From Enterobacteria phage vB_EcoM_IME339, in the sequence record MH051915: a stretch of DNA of 64,000 bases. One strand, 5' to 3'. This document shows, piece after piece, positions 54,420-64,000 of this stretch (its first letter is position 1; each line of letters opens with the position of its first letter). The translations under genes and the position numbers were made by a program. A model generated the notes under the pieces. The model saw only the letters and a list, made by a program, of their open reading frames with translations. It did no database searches and was not told the DNA's origin.

Positions 54420-55539
54420 TTTTAACCTTAACTGGGTCTATTGTTTCCAGTTTCGTTGCATTAGTGAACATATATAGATGAGTTACTGAATTATTATTGG
54501 ATAATTCATGGATAACTTCATCAACGTAAAATTCTGTTTTAAATTGGTTTTTACTATCATTAAAAATAATTTTAACGCCAGGAGTCAAGTTAAAATTACC
54601 GACAGTAGAACATTTAGCATAGCCATCGTATTGTGCCATAGTTTGAAGACGAATAGCTTCTTCATATCCATTCCTATAAGTCATTTCAGAATAAGCACCT
54701 GACCTTGATACTACAATAGAGTTTTCGCCCTTTCCTGTAGTAATCATTGGCAATGAAGAATCTAAAAATGAATGAGCATAGATAGTAGCATTTTTCATTG
54801 GGTCGCGTTTATGAGGATTCGATTTAGTCAACCAAACGAAATCATATGCTAATGGATATTTTAATTCTTGGATGAATTGACCTATTAAAGATGGCTCACC
54901 GACAATCATTGGATATGGTTCTTGATTTATCATCATATCATAGTCCATCATGTTAACTCCCATGATGTCTTGCCACACAAATACAAATTTGTCACTTCCT
55001 ACAGCTAGAGCAACTTCCCTGACATACGACAAATAGTTTTCAAATGTGCTAGTCCATGGAATATCAGGAACATAGGCATTTATGGCATTTATAGCTGGAG
55101 TTAATAACGTGCGATCCTGATAAATGACACCAAGCATTTCCTTTATAGATTCACCCGCATCAGAGAAAAACGGTCTGCCAAATTTAAGATTTTCTATAGA
55201 ATGAATAGTTCCCAATTCAATAGCAATGATGTTATCACCCTTTGAATCTACTGACACGGAAAAATGCTTACATCCATAAATTCGTGTTTTAACATTATTA
55301 ATATCGTTTGCGTTAGCTACAGAAATCTGAATTATTTCATTTCCATCCATTTTTGTATGGATATTTTTAGAATCATAAAACTGCAGCATTCCTTCATTTC
55401 GGCCATAAAGAGAATCCCGCATAGTTAATGTGGTAATAGTAGCAGCTAATTCAACAAATCTATTATTACTCCAAGCGTCGTAGCTATCAAATAATTTAAC
55501 GCTGAGATTTGGATATCCTGGGCGTTGCAACATACTCAT
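54364..55539 (-). CDS. 27: baseplate hub subunit gp27
   Basis: 391 aa, same length as T4 gp27. Confidence 0.85.
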   Translation of the reverse strand: MSMLQRPGYPNLSVKLFDSYDAWSNNRFVELAATITTLTMRDSLYGRNEGMLQFYDSKNIHTKMDGNEIIQISVANANDINNVKTRIYGCKHFSVSVDSKGDNIIAIELGTIHSIENLKFGRPFFSDAGESIKEMLGVIYQDRTLLTPAINAINAYVPDIPWTSTFENYLSYVREVALAVGSDKFVFVWQDIMGVNMMDYDMMINQEPYPMIVGEPSLIGQFIQELKYPLAYDFVWLTKSNPHKRDPMKNATIYAHSFLDSSLPMITTGKGENSIVVSRSGAYSEMTYRNGYEEAIRLQTMAQYDGYAKCSTVGNFNLTPGVKIIFNDSKNQFKTEFYVDEVIHELSNNNSVTHLYMFTNATKLETIDPVKVKNEFKSDTTTEESSSSNKQ

Positions 55540-56288
55540 TATTGTTTATCCTTCTCAATCAGTTTTAATACGAATCCGCGCTCAGCAGGAATCATTTTCA
55601 TTATTGAATTTAAGCTATAATTACTTTTTACGAGCGTGTGATTGATTTGATAAAAAGTAAATATTTCATCTGGGTTAACTAATAGCTTAAACACATCTAC
55701 TATATCAGTGTATTTTTTTACATACTTATTACAACATGACATATGCAATGTTAAATTAATAGGATTCATTGCATCGAGAATTTTTTCTAATGTTTCTATC
55801 TCGATGGCATCAACAAGTTCTATTTGACTTGATTCGCTAATTTCCTTCCAATCATACCACATTTCATCTACTTGAACGGAATGAATATTTTCAGTAATCA
55901 TCTTTGCTTTATTTTCATAAAACTCAGAAGGAAACTTTAATTTAATTTTAACATTAGCTACATCAAAAACAGGTTCCTTTAATTCTTTTTGATATATTTC
56001 AAATGGAACTGTCTTTTCTTTTTTACATTTTGGACATACAAATGTGACCGGTACTTTAGTTTTACCTATTGACCCTACAAATACCTGCAAAAATATAAAT
56101 GGTTGCCAAGTCTTCGGATAGTCTCCAAAATAATCGGCAATTAAATCAGCAATTATTTCTTTTTGTTCTTGTGGTGACCGATGTTCTATATCGTTTCGAA
56201 CTAACAAAAAATCTCGATAATCTTCTACCGTAAATGGTTTAAAACGATGAACACCATCTGGTAATTTACAACGAATAATGTTTGCCAT
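55539..56288 (-). CDS. 51: baseplate hub assembly catalyst gp51
   Basis: 249 aa, same length as T4 gp51. Confidence 0.85.
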   Translation of the reverse strand: MANIIRCKLPDGVHRFKPFTVEDYRDFLLVRNDIEHRSPQEQKEIIADLIADYFGDYPKTWQPFIFLQVFVGSIGKTKVPVTFVCPKCKKEKTVPFEIYQKELKEPVFDVANVKIKLKFPSEFYENKAKMITENIHSVQVDEMWYDWKEISESSQIELVDAIEIETLEKILDAMNPINLTLHMSCCNKYVKKYTDIVDVFKLLVNPDEIFTFYQINHTLVKSNYSLNSIMKMIPAERGFVLKLIEKDKQ

Positions 56289-56305
56289 AGATGCTCCTTT
56301 TATTC

Positions 56306-56317
56306 TATTTATAAATA
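56306..56317. promoter_or_regulatory. divergent overlapping late promoters (TATAAATA on both strands) between genes 51 and 26
   Basis: tatttataaata: minus-strand TATAAATA at 56306..56313, plus-strand TATAAATA at 56310..56317. Confidence 0.55.
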
Positions 56318-56338
56318 TGATAAATAAAGGAGCTAAAT

Positions 56339-56965
56339 ATGTATGAATACAAATTTGATGTGAGAGTTGGTTCTAAAATAATCAACTGTCGCGCATTTAC
56401 TCTTAAAGAATATCTAGAACTTATTACTGCTAAAAAGAACGGTTCAGTAGAAGAGATCGTTAAAAAGCTAATTAAAGACTGTACAAATGCAAAAGATTTA
56501 AACCGTCAAGAATCAGAACTACTGCTGATTCATTTATGGGCGCATTCTCTTGGAGAAGTTAATCACGAAAACTCCTGGAAGTGCACCTGTGGAACTGAAA
56601 TACCAACCCATATAAATCTATTACATACACAAATAGATGCACCAGAAGACCTCTGGTATACACTGGGTGACATTAAAATTAAGTTCCATTACCCTAAAAT
56701 TTTTGATGATAAAAATATAGCCCACATGATAGTATCATGTATAGAAACGATTCATGCTAACGGTGAAAGCATTCCAGTTGAAGACTTAAATGAAAAAGAA
56801 TTGGAAGATTTATATTCTATCATCACAGAGTCAGATATTGTAGCTATAAAAGATATGCTTTTAAAGCCTACTGTTTATTTGGCTGTTCCAATTAAGTGTC
56901 CAGAGTGTGGAAAAACTCACGCTCATGTAATAAGAGGACTCAAAGAATTCTTTGAGCTATTGTAA
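56339..56965 (+). CDS. 26: baseplate hub subunit gp26
   Basis: 208 aa, same length as T4 gp26. Confidence 0.85.
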   Translation: MYEYKFDVRVGSKIINCRAFTLKEYLELITAKKNGSVEEIVKKLIKDCTNAKDLNRQESELLLIHLWAHSLGEVNHENSWKCTCGTEIPTHINLLHTQIDAPEDLWYTLGDIKIKFHYPKIFDDKNIAHMIVSCIETIHANGESIPVEDLNEKELEDLYSIITESDIVAIKDMLLKPTVYLAVPIKCPECGKTHAHVIRGLKEFFELL

Positions 56966-57363
56966 TGGCAAATATTAATAAGCTTTATTCTGACATTGAC
57001 CCAGAAATGAAAATGGATTGGGACAAAGACGTTTCCAGATCTCTTGGATTAAGGTCAATTAAAAATAGCCTTTTAGGAATTATTACAACCAGGAAAGGGT
57101 CAAGGCCATTTGACCCGGAATTTGGATGTGATTTATCTGACCAGCTTTTTGAGAATATGACTCCTCTTACTGCTGATACTGTTGAGCGTAACATTGAAAG
57201 CGCAGTAAGAAACTACGAGCCGCGTATTGATAAATTAGCAGTTAATGTAATACCGGTTTATGATGATTATACTCTAATAGTAGAAATACGCTTTTCAGTC
57301 ATCGATAACCCTGATGATATTGAGCAGATAAAACTGCAACTGGCTTCTAGTAACAGAGTATAA
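56965..57363 (+). CDS. 25: baseplate wedge subunit gp25
   Basis: 132 aa, same length as T4 gp25. Confidence 0.85.
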   Translation: MANINKLYSDIDPEMKMDWDKDVSRSLGLRSIKNSLLGIITTRKGSRPFDPEFGCDLSDQLFENMTPLTADTVERNIESAVRNYEPRIDKLAVNVIPVYDDYTLIVEIRFSVIDNPDDIEQIKLQLASSNRV

Positions 57364-57389
57364 TGCTTCACGTATAAACGTGGTATAAT
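57363..57389 (+). promoter_or_regulatory. MotA-dependent middle promoter upstream of uvsY
   Basis: MotA box atgcttca at 57363..57370, then tataat at 57384..57389. Confidence 0.55.
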
Positions 57390-57429
57390 GAATCTAAGTC
57401 CATCCAATAACAATTGAATAGAGAACAAT

Positions 57430-57843
57430 ATGAAATTAGAAGATCTTCAAGAAGAATTGAAGAAAGATGTGTTTATAGATTCGACTAAATTACAGTATGA
57501 AGCAGCTAATAACGTAATGTTATATAGTAAATGGCTTAATAAGCATTCAAGTATTAAAAAGGAAATGCTTAGAATTGACGCGCAGAAAAAAGTTGCTCTT
57601 AAAGCTAAATTAGACTACTACTCGGGACGAGGAGATGGTGATGAATTTAGTATGGATCGTTATGAGAAATCAGAAATGAAGACAGTTCTATCAGCTGATA
57701 AGGATGTTTTAAAAGTTGATACTTCATTGCAATATTGGGGAATTTTATTGGATTTCTGTAGCGGAGCTCTTGATGCTATTAAATCACGCGGATTTGCTAT
57801 TAAGCATATTCAAGACATGCGAGCATTTGAGGCTGGAAAATAA
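57430..57843 (+). CDS. uvsY: UvsY recombination mediator
   Basis: 137 aa, same length as T4 UvsY. Confidence 0.85.
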   Translation: MKLEDLQEELKKDVFIDSTKLQYEAANNVMLYSKWLNKHSSIKKEMLRIDAQKKVALKAKLDYYSGRGDGDEFSMDRYEKSEMKTVLSADKDVLKVDTSLQYWGILLDFCSGALDAIKSRGFAIKHIQDMRAFEAGK

Positions 57844-58067
57844 TGAAATATAGCATTGATGATGCTTTTAATTATGAAGAAGAATTTGAAACGGAAATTC
57901 AATTCTTAATGAAAAAGTATAATCTCAAGCGTCAGGATATTCGTATCCTGGCCGACCATCCATGCGGTGAAGATGTACTTTATATTAAAGGAAAATTTGC
58001 CGGATATCTTGATGAATATTTTTATTCTAAAGATATGGGCATTGATATGCATATGAGAGTTATATAA
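57843..58067 (+). CDS. hypothetical protein (74 aa), uvsY.-1 position
   Basis: ORF with TAATG overlap. Confidence 0.5.
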   Translation: MKYSIDDAFNYEEEFETEIQFLMKKYNLKRQDIRILADHPCGEDVLYIKGKFAGYLDEYFYSKDMGIDMHMRVI

Positions 58068-58095
58068 ATAGATATATAATTTAGAGGAGACAATC

Positions 58096-58263
58096 ATGTC
58101 AGATAAGATTTGTGTTGTCTGTAAAACTCCAATCGATTCTGCATTGGTTGTTGAAACAGACAAAGGTCCTGTACATCCTGGGCCTTGCTATAATTACATT
58201 AAAGAACTACCAGTTTCAGAAAGTTCGGAAGAACAATTAAATGAAACACAACTTTTGCTATAG
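58096..58263 (+). CDS. small Cys-rich hypothetical protein (55 aa), uvsY.-2 position
   Basis: MSDKICVVCKTPIDSALVVETDKGPVHPGPC...; GGAGA SD. Confidence 0.4.
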   Translation: MSDKICVVCKTPIDSALVVETDKGPVHPGPCYNYIKELPVSESSEEQLNETQLLL

Positions 58264-58318
58264 TGTGACCTTTAGTCTATAGTTTTGGCCCTTCCTTTTT
58301 GGTTGGGCCTTTTTTAAT

Positions 58319-58621
58319 TTAAAAGCTTTCTTCTACTTCATCGTCTGAATCTTCTAATTCAGCTCTTTTTCCTGCCAAAGCATCTCTCACAGAGATGTCA
58401 TCAGTATCTTTTAATTCAGTTTCTTTAACTCTTTTCTTATAATAAGCTTCAAGTTCTTCTAGACCTTCTAATGTTTGACAATCTTTAACTCTTTTCTTAT
58501 AATAAGCTTCAAGTTCTTCTAGACCTTCTAATGTTTGACAAGAGGCAATTTTACCCATAAATTCATCAATAGAAGCTTCATAAAGAAATTGTTTAAATTC
58601 TAGTAACATCTTTTTCTCCAA
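58319..58621 (-). CDS. uvsW.1: UvsW.1-like small acidic protein with internal 20-aa tandem duplication
   Basis: 100 aa immediately downstream of uvsW on the same strand; duplicated CQTLEGLEELEAYYKKRVK block. Confidence 0.65.
   Translation of the reverse strand: MEKKMLLEFKQFLYEASIDEFMGKIASCQTLEGLEELEAYYKKRVKDCQTLEGLEELEAYYKKRVKETELKDTDDISVRDALAGKRAELEDSDDEVEESF
58422..58541. repeat. perfect 60-bp tandem duplication (2 copies), in frame within uvsW.1
   Basis: 58422..58481 is identical to 58482..58541. Confidence 0.85.
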
Positions 58622-58634
58622 AGGGCCGAAGCCC

Positions 58635-60146
58635 TTATAAATTAACTGTTTTCATTACGTAATTAAATTTTTCATCTGCGTAGCGCTGAATACGATCAAT
58701 ACCGTGTTTTAAAAGATAGTTCAAATGAACATATTTCTTTTTCGTATTAGCAGATTTTGGCTTAACACCGCAATCATCAATGAGGTCCCAGACCGTTGCG
58801 ATTGTTTTAGAACCGTGCTTACGTAATACGCGACCTATTGTTTGCAATACAATAATTTTAGATTTAACACCGTGCGCTAAAACAACGTGATGTAGATTTT
58901 TAACTGAAATACCAGTAGAAAATACACCATAACTAGCTACTATAATTATTCCTTTACCGTTTTCAGCTAAGGTTTTCATTACGTTGCGTGTTTCGGTATC
59001 AACTTCCCCTGATACGTAATAAACTTTATCGTATTCATTTTTAATTAAATCGAAAATAGCTTTACCGTGCGATACGTGTTTAAACATGACAAAAGCGTTT
59101 TCATCTTTTTGTGCAAGTTTAATAGCTAATTTAGCGATCCATTTATTTCTTTTACTGAGCCCAGTAATAATTTTTATTTCTTCTTGGTAAGTTTTTCCCT
59201 TTAATTTAGTAGTGAACTCATCGGGATAGCGAAGAAAAATACTATTAATTTTTAGCTCAGTTACTTGTCCATCTTCCATTAATTTAGAAGTCGTTACTGG
59301 CTTAAATATTTCACCAAACATTCCAACATACTGCATGATATTGGCTTTGCCATCACGTAATGAACCAGACAAACCGAATTTGAACATGCAGTTATTTAAA
59401 CCTGATATGATAGATGAAATACTTTTTCCTGTAGCAAGATGGCATTCATCATTCATCATCATTCCAAACTGTGAGAACCATTCTTTTGGTTGTTTTACTA
59501 CAGTTTGCCATGTACCAACAATTACCGGTGCATCATTTTTATATTTATCATCTTTTGATGCTCCGCCGCCGATTTTCTTTATCATTGCATGACTGAATAA
59601 ACGATAATCAACAAAGTCATCAGCCATCTGAGTTGTTAAAGCAGTTGTTGGAACAATGATAAGAATTTTACCTTCATAATTTTCCAAATAATAACGTGCA
59701 AGCAAAGCTTGAATTAAAGATTTACCTGCGGATGTTGGAAGATTAAGAATTCTACGACGATTAACTAATCCTTCGAACACTGCATCTTTTTGATACCAGT
59801 GTGGTTCAATTCTTTTATTTCCTGAATAGATTTCTAACTTAGAAAGCCATTCATCAAAATCTTTTCTTGATAATTCTTCTTTTTCGTTAATTTGCGGGTC
59901 AATCCAAGCTTTATAGCCAAAGTTATCGCAGAACTTTTTAATTTGCCCGACTAAACCAAACGGAAGAAGGCGATTATAATCTAATAGACGGATTCGTCCA
60001 TCCCAGTGACCATACTTGTATTTCGGATTAAAACGATACCCATCAGCTTCGAAGCTAAAGAAATCACGGAGTTCATGAAATGTACTTTCTTCACAATCAA
60101 TTCTCACGTGACTAAAATCATAAAAATGCACTTTAATGTCAGTCAT
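58635..60146 (-). CDS. uvsW: UvsW RNA-DNA / DNA helicase (SF2)
   Basis: 503 aa (T4 UvsW 502 aa); helicase motifs; sequence matches my recall of T4 UvsW. Confidence 0.9.
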   Translation of the reverse strand: MTDIKVHFYDFSHVRIDCEESTFHELRDFFSFEADGYRFNPKYKYGHWDGRIRLLDYNRLLPFGLVGQIKKFCDNFGYKAWIDPQINEKEELSRKDFDEWLSKLEIYSGNKRIEPHWYQKDAVFEGLVNRRRILNLPTSAGKSLIQALLARYYLENYEGKILIIVPTTALTTQMADDFVDYRLFSHAMIKKIGGGASKDDKYKNDAPVIVGTWQTVVKQPKEWFSQFGMMMNDECHLATGKSISSIISGLNNCMFKFGLSGSLRDGKANIMQYVGMFGEIFKPVTTSKLMEDGQVTELKINSIFLRYPDEFTTKLKGKTYQEEIKIITGLSKRNKWIAKLAIKLAQKDENAFVMFKHVSHGKAIFDLIKNEYDKVYYVSGEVDTETRNVMKTLAENGKGIIIVASYGVFSTGISVKNLHHVVLAHGVKSKIIVLQTIGRVLRKHGSKTIATVWDLIDDCGVKPKSANTKKKYVHLNYLLKHGIDRIQRYADEKFNYVMKTVNL

Positions 60147-60175
60147 GTCTAAATACCATGTAATAAATATATCTA

Positions 60176-60183
60176 TATTTATA
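60176..60183 (-). promoter_or_regulatory. late promoter TATAAATA upstream of uvsW
   Basis: Plus strand reads tatttata, 30 nt upstream of the uvsW start. Confidence 0.5.
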
Positions 60184-60196
60184 CTGAGGAAATATT

Positions 60197-60877
60197 ATGA
60201 TAGATAAAGATTATATTGCAGAGCTGAAGGCTCTTGATGATAATAAAGAAGCTAAGGCTAAATTAGCTGAATATGCTGAACAGTTTGGTATAAAGGTCAA
60301 AAAGAATAAATCTTTTGATAATATCGTTATTGATATTGAAGAAGCCCTCCAGAAGCTCGCTAGTGAACCTATGCCAGAGACTGATGGGTTATCTATTAAA
60401 GACTTAATCAATGCTGCTGATGCCGCAGACGGATTAAAATATGACGATGAAGAAGTCAATCCAGAGGCAGCACTTCTGATTGATTCTCCGGTTAAATCTG
60501 ACATTAAAATTGAAGTAGTCGAAACGGATAAAATTCCCGAAAATACCGATGTTTTGATTGAAGATACTCCTTTTGTTGAAGAAAAATTCGAGAAGGCTGT
60601 AGCTGAGATTATTGAATCTGAAAAGCCGTCTGTATTTACTCTTCCGGAAAACTTTAGTCCGAATCTTCAGCTGATTGGAAAAAATCCAGGATTCTGTACT
60701 GTTCCTTGGTGGATTTACCAGTGGATTGCTGAAACTCCGGATTGGAAATCTCACCCAACTAGTTTTGAACACGCGTCGGCACATCAAACTTTATTTAGCT
60801 TAATTTACTACATTAACCGTGACGGATCAGTTCTAATTCGTGAAACACGCAACTCTTCTTTCGTAACATTAAAATAA
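60197..60877 (+). CDS. inh: Inh, inhibitor of prohead protease
   Basis: 226 aa, same length as T4 Inh; synteny beside hoc. Confidence 0.8.
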   Translation: MIDKDYIAELKALDDNKEAKAKLAEYAEQFGIKVKKNKSFDNIVIDIEEALQKLASEPMPETDGLSIKDLINAADAADGLKYDDEEVNPEAALLIDSPVKSDIKIEVVETDKIPENTDVLIEDTPFVEEKFEKAVAEIIESEKPSVFTLPENFSPNLQLIGKNPGFCTVPWWIYQWIAETPDWKSHPTSFEHASAHQTLFSLIYYINRDGSVLIRETRNSSFVTLK

Positions 60878-60886
60878 GGATAACTT

Positions 60887-62017
60887 ATGGCTTTTACAGT
60901 TGATATAACTCCTAAAACACCTACTGGAGTTATAGATCAGACTCAGCAGTTTACTGCTACACCCAGTGGTGAAACTGGAGGTGGAACTATTACCTATGCT
61001 TGGACTGTAGACGATGTTCCACAGGATGGAGCTGAAGCAACTTTTAGTTATGTACTAAAAGGACCTGCCGGTCAAAAGACTATTAAAGTAGTTGCAACAA
61101 ACACAGTTCCAGATACTGATGCTGAAACAGCAGAAGCTACTACAACTATCACAGTTCAAAATAAGACACAGACAACTACCTTAGCTGTAACTCCTGATAG
61201 TCCTGCTGCTGGAGTGATTGGAACTCCTGTTGAATTTACTGCTGCTTTAGCTTCTCAACCATCAGGCGCATCTGCTACGTATCAGTGGCATGTAGATGAT
61301 TCTCCTGTTAGTGAAGCAACTTCCGCTACATTTAACTATACTCCAACTACAAGTGGAGTAAAAAGAATTAAATGCGTAGCCCAAGTAACTGCAGAAAATT
61401 ATAATGAAAAGGAAGTTACTTCCAATGAAGTATCATTGACAGTTAATAAGAAGACAATGAATCCACAGGTTACATTGACTCCTCCTTCTATTAACGTTCA
61501 GCAAGATGCTTCGGCTACATTTACTGCTAACGTTACGGATGCTCCGGAAGAAGCACAAATTACGTATTCATGGAAGAAAGATTCTTCTCCTGTAGAAGGG
61601 TCAACTAATGTATACACCGTTGATACATCATCTATTGGAAGTCAAACTATTGAAGTTACTGCAACTGTTACTGCCACTGATTATGATAGCAAAACTATTA
61701 CAGCAGAAGGTCAAGTTCAGGTAACTGATAAAGTTGCTCCGGAACCAGAAGGTGAATTACCTTATGTTCATCCTCTTCCACATCGCACTTCAGCTTATAT
61801 CTGGTGCGGTTGGTGGGTTATGGATGAAATCCAAAAAATGACTGAAGAAGGTAAAGATTGGAAAACTGAAGATCCAGACAGTAAATACTACCTGCATCGT
61901 TACACTCTTCAGAAGATGATGAAAGACTATCCAGAAGTTGATGTTCAAGAATCGCGCAATGGATACATCATTCATAAAACTGCTTTAGAAACTGGTATCA
62001 TCTATACCTATCCATAA
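60887..62017 (+). CDS. hoc: Hoc, highly immunogenic outer capsid protein (Ig-like domains)
   Basis: 376 aa, same length as T4 Hoc; repeated Ig-like segments and conserved C-terminus ...NGYIIHKTALETGIIYTYP. Confidence 0.9.
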   Translation: MAFTVDITPKTPTGVIDQTQQFTATPSGETGGGTITYAWTVDDVPQDGAEATFSYVLKGPAGQKTIKVVATNTVPDTDAETAEATTTITVQNKTQTTTLAVTPDSPAAGVIGTPVEFTAALASQPSGASATYQWHVDDSPVSEATSATFNYTPTTSGVKRIKCVAQVTAENYNEKEVTSNEVSLTVNKKTMNPQVTLTPPSINVQQDASATFTANVTDAPEEAQITYSWKKDSSPVEGSTNVYTVDTSSIGSQTIEVTATVTATDYDSKTITAEGQVQVTDKVAPEPEGELPYVHPLPHRTSAYIWCGWWVMDEIQKMTEEGKDWKTEDPDSKYYLHRYTLQKMMKDYPEVDVQESRNGYIIHKTALETGIIYTYP

Positions 62018-62021
62018 TCTC

Positions 62022-62043
62022 AGGGGCTTCGGCCCCTTTCTTC
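62022..62043 (+). terminator. rho-independent terminator after hoc
   Basis: aggggcttcggcccct then tttctt. Confidence 0.6.
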
Positions 62044-62105
62044 ATTTTGAAAGCACACAAAACACACTCAGAAAATGATGTATATAATGGCACCAACTCG
62101 ATAAC

Positions 62106-62321
62106 ATGAGATTGATTATGAGAACTGAGGTTGTGGTGTTTACACTCCATGAGTCTGGAAAGTCATTCATTGAAATTGCTCGTGAATTGAACTTACAGGC
62201 GAAAGAAGTGGCTGTATTATGGGCTCGAGCTATGACTGCTAAGAATAAATTTGAGACTCGAGAAAAAGTTGTCTATAGAAAAAGACATATTAATAAGAAG
62301 GTGAAAAATGGAACAGTATGA
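62106..62321 (+). CDS. hypothetical protein (71 aa)
   Basis: ORF from table; possible helix-turn-helix-like segment. Confidence 0.4.
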   Translation: MRLIMRTEVVVFTLHESGKSFIEIARELNLQAKEVAVLWARAMTAKNKFETREKVVYRKRHINKKVKNGTV

Positions 62322-62586
62322 TCTTTATGAAAATGAATCTTTTGCTAATCAATTACGCGAAAAAGCACTTAAAAGTAAACAGTTTAAGCTAGAGTGTTTT
62401 ATTAAAGATTTTTCGGAACTTGCTAATAAAGCAGCTGAGCAAGGTAAAACATATTTTAGTTATTATTGCACTGCTCGCGATAAATTGATTACTGAAGAAA
62501 TTGGTGATTGGCTGAGAAAAGAAGGATTTAGCTTTAAAGTCAATAGTGATCAGCGTGATGGTGATTGGTTAGAAATTACATTTTGA
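62308..62586 (+). CDS. hypothetical protein (92 aa)
   Basis: ORF with GGTGAAAA SD. Confidence 0.5.
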   Translation: MEQYDLYENESFANQLREKALKSKQFKLECFIKDFSELANKAAEQGKTYFSYYCTARDKLITEEIGDWLRKEGFSFKVNSDQRDGDWLEITF

Positions 62587-62595
62587 GGATTAATT

Positions 62596-63600
62596 ATGTT
62601 TAAAAAGTATAGCAGTCTTGAAAATCATTATAATTCTAAATTCATTGAAAAACTTTACAGCTTAGGATTGACTGGCGGCGAATGGGTAGCTCGTGAAAAG
62701 ATTCATGGCACAAATTTCTCACTGATTATTGAACGCGATAAAGCAACTTGTGCTAAACGTACTGGACCGATTCTTCCTGCTGAAGATTTCTTTGGGTATG
62801 AAATTATTCTAAAGAATTACGCTGATTCCATTAAAGCAGTACAAGATATTATGGAAACTTCGGCAGTTGTATCTTATCAAGTCTTCGGCGAATTCGCTGG
62901 ACCTGGCATTCAGAAGAATGTCGATTATGGTGATAAAGATTTTTATGTATTTGACATTATTGTTACTACAGAAAGTGGTGATGTGACTTATGTCGATGAT
63001 TATATGATGGAATCATTCTGTAATACATTCAAATTTAAAATGGCTCCACTTTTGGGTCGTGGTAAATTTGAAGAACTTATTAAATTGCCAAATGATTTAG
63101 ATTCTGTCGTCCAGGATTATAATTTTACAGTAGACCATGCTGGATTAGTTGATGCAAATAAATGCGTTTGGAATGCCGAAGCAAAAGGCGAAGTATTTAC
63201 TGCTGAAGGATATGTATTGAAACCTTGTTATCCTTCTTTGATGCCTAATGGCAATCGTGTCGCTATTAAATGCAAGAATTCTAAATTCAGTGAAAAGAAA
63301 AAGTCCGATAAGCCTATTAAAGCTAAAGTTGAGCTATCAGAAGCTGATAATAAATTGCTGGGAATTTTAGCTTGCTACGTTACACTGAACCGAGTAAATA
63401 ACGTTATTTCTAAAATTGGCGAAATTGGTCCGAAGGATTTTGGAAAGGTGATGGGACTAACTGTTCAAGATATTTTGGAAGAAACTTCTCGTGAAGGTAT
63501 TACTCTAACTCAAGCGGATAATCCTTCTCTGATTAAAAAGGAATTAGTTAAAATGGTACAAGATGTACTTCGTCCGGCTTGGATTGAATTGGTAAGTTAA
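62596..63600 (+). CDS. rnlB: RNA ligase 2
   Basis: 334 aa, same length as T4 Rnl2; ligase motif I K-x-H-G (REKIHGTN). Confidence 0.9.
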   Translation: MFKKYSSLENHYNSKFIEKLYSLGLTGGEWVAREKIHGTNFSLIIERDKATCAKRTGPILPAEDFFGYEIILKNYADSIKAVQDIMETSAVVSYQVFGEFAGPGIQKNVDYGDKDFYVFDIIVTTESGDVTYVDDYMMESFCNTFKFKMAPLLGRGKFEELIKLPNDLDSVVQDYNFTVDHAGLVDANKCVWNAEAKGEVFTAEGYVLKPCYPSLMPNGNRVAIKCKNSKFSEKKKSDKPIKAKVELSEADNKLLGILACYVTLNRVNNVISKIGEIGPKDFGKVMGLTVQDILEETSREGITLTQADNPSLIKKELVKMVQDVLRPAWIELVS

Positions 63601-63603
63601 ATA

Positions 63604-63628
63604 AAAAGGGACCGAAAGGTCCCTTTGT
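63604..63628. terminator. bidirectional terminator hairpin between rnlB and gene 24
   Basis: aaagggaccgaaaggtcccttt flanked by A-run and T-run. Confidence 0.65.
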
Positions 63629-63629
63629 T

Positions 63630-64000
63630 TTATTCATCAACGATAATTTTTGGTAGCTTAACACCTAATAAAACAGACAAATCTGAACGACCCGCCATTT
63701 TATCCATGTCTCCACCATCAATTATTCTTGCTTCTTTTTCATCTTTTGCTACAGTGTAAGGATTTGCAGATAAAGCATATCTAACTAATAAACCGATAGA
63801 TGGCTGCAAACTTTCTGGATCAACTACAACTTTAAATGCACCTACATGTTCAGGGTCATCTAAGTCAAGACCTTCTGTATACGGAGCATAGAAAATTGAT
63901 CCAACAATTTCTTTTTCGCCAATATTTTCTACTACGCCAACGATTACATAATCTAATGGGCTGTTAGTATCGCAATAAAGCGGTAAACCATTAGCTAAGA
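63630..64000 (-). CDS. 24: head vertex protein gp24, C-terminal part (gene continues beyond the window)
   Basis: Minus-strand ORF open to the window edge, ending ...KLPKIIVDE; position after rnlB as in T4. Confidence 0.65.
   Translation of the reverse strand, partial: LANGLPLYCDTNSPLDYVIVGVVENIGEKEIVGSIFYAPYTEGLDLDDPEHVGAFKVVVDPESLQPSIGLLVRYALSANPYTVAKDEKEARIIDGGDMDKMAGRSDLSVLLGVKLPKIIVDE

Noticed and set aside
58319-58621. The uvsW.1 internal repeat as a coiled-coil periodicity artefact
   Set aside because: The two 60-bp units are identical at every nucleotide, which is a true DNA duplication, not amino-acid periodicity.

Overview
This window is a contiguous segment of a T-even (T4-like, Tevenvirinae) phage genome, in the opposite orientation to the usual T4 map. 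I did not find an obviously foreign, self-contained novel system; gene order is canonical throughout. Assignments rest on my recall of T4 protein sequences, lengths and gene order applied to the supplied ORF translations; no database search was run. Gene order: rIIA, rIIB, denB, small-ORF cluster, ndd, stp, ac, 52, motA, arn region, asiA (plus); t, 38, 37, 36, 35, 34 (minus); rnh, dsbA, 33, 59, 32, frd, td, nrdA, nrdB, denA, rnlA, alc, spanins, pseT, cd, 31, rIII, 30.x cluster, 30, two tandem alt-like genes (plus); 54, 48, 29, 28, 27, 51 (minus); 26, 25, uvsY (plus); uvsW.1, uvsW (minus); inh, hoc, rnlB (plus); 24 C-terminus (minus, partial). The phage is not T4 itself: the distal tail fiber is T2-type (long gp37 with a self-cleaving C-terminal chaperone domain, plus a glycine-rich gp38 adhesin), td and nrdB are intron-less, and no homing-endonuclease ORFs sit where T4 carries them. 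The points most worth a second look are the tandem Alt ADP-ribosyltransferase paralogues, a NADAR-like ORF beside a HAD-like ORF with a Tyr/Pro/His-rich repeat tail, identical regulatory cassettes repeated at distant sites, a perfect 60-bp in-frame duplication in uvsW.1, and clusters of tiny hydrophobic ORFs of unknown function. No tRNA, rRNA, CRISPR array or transposon was seen.
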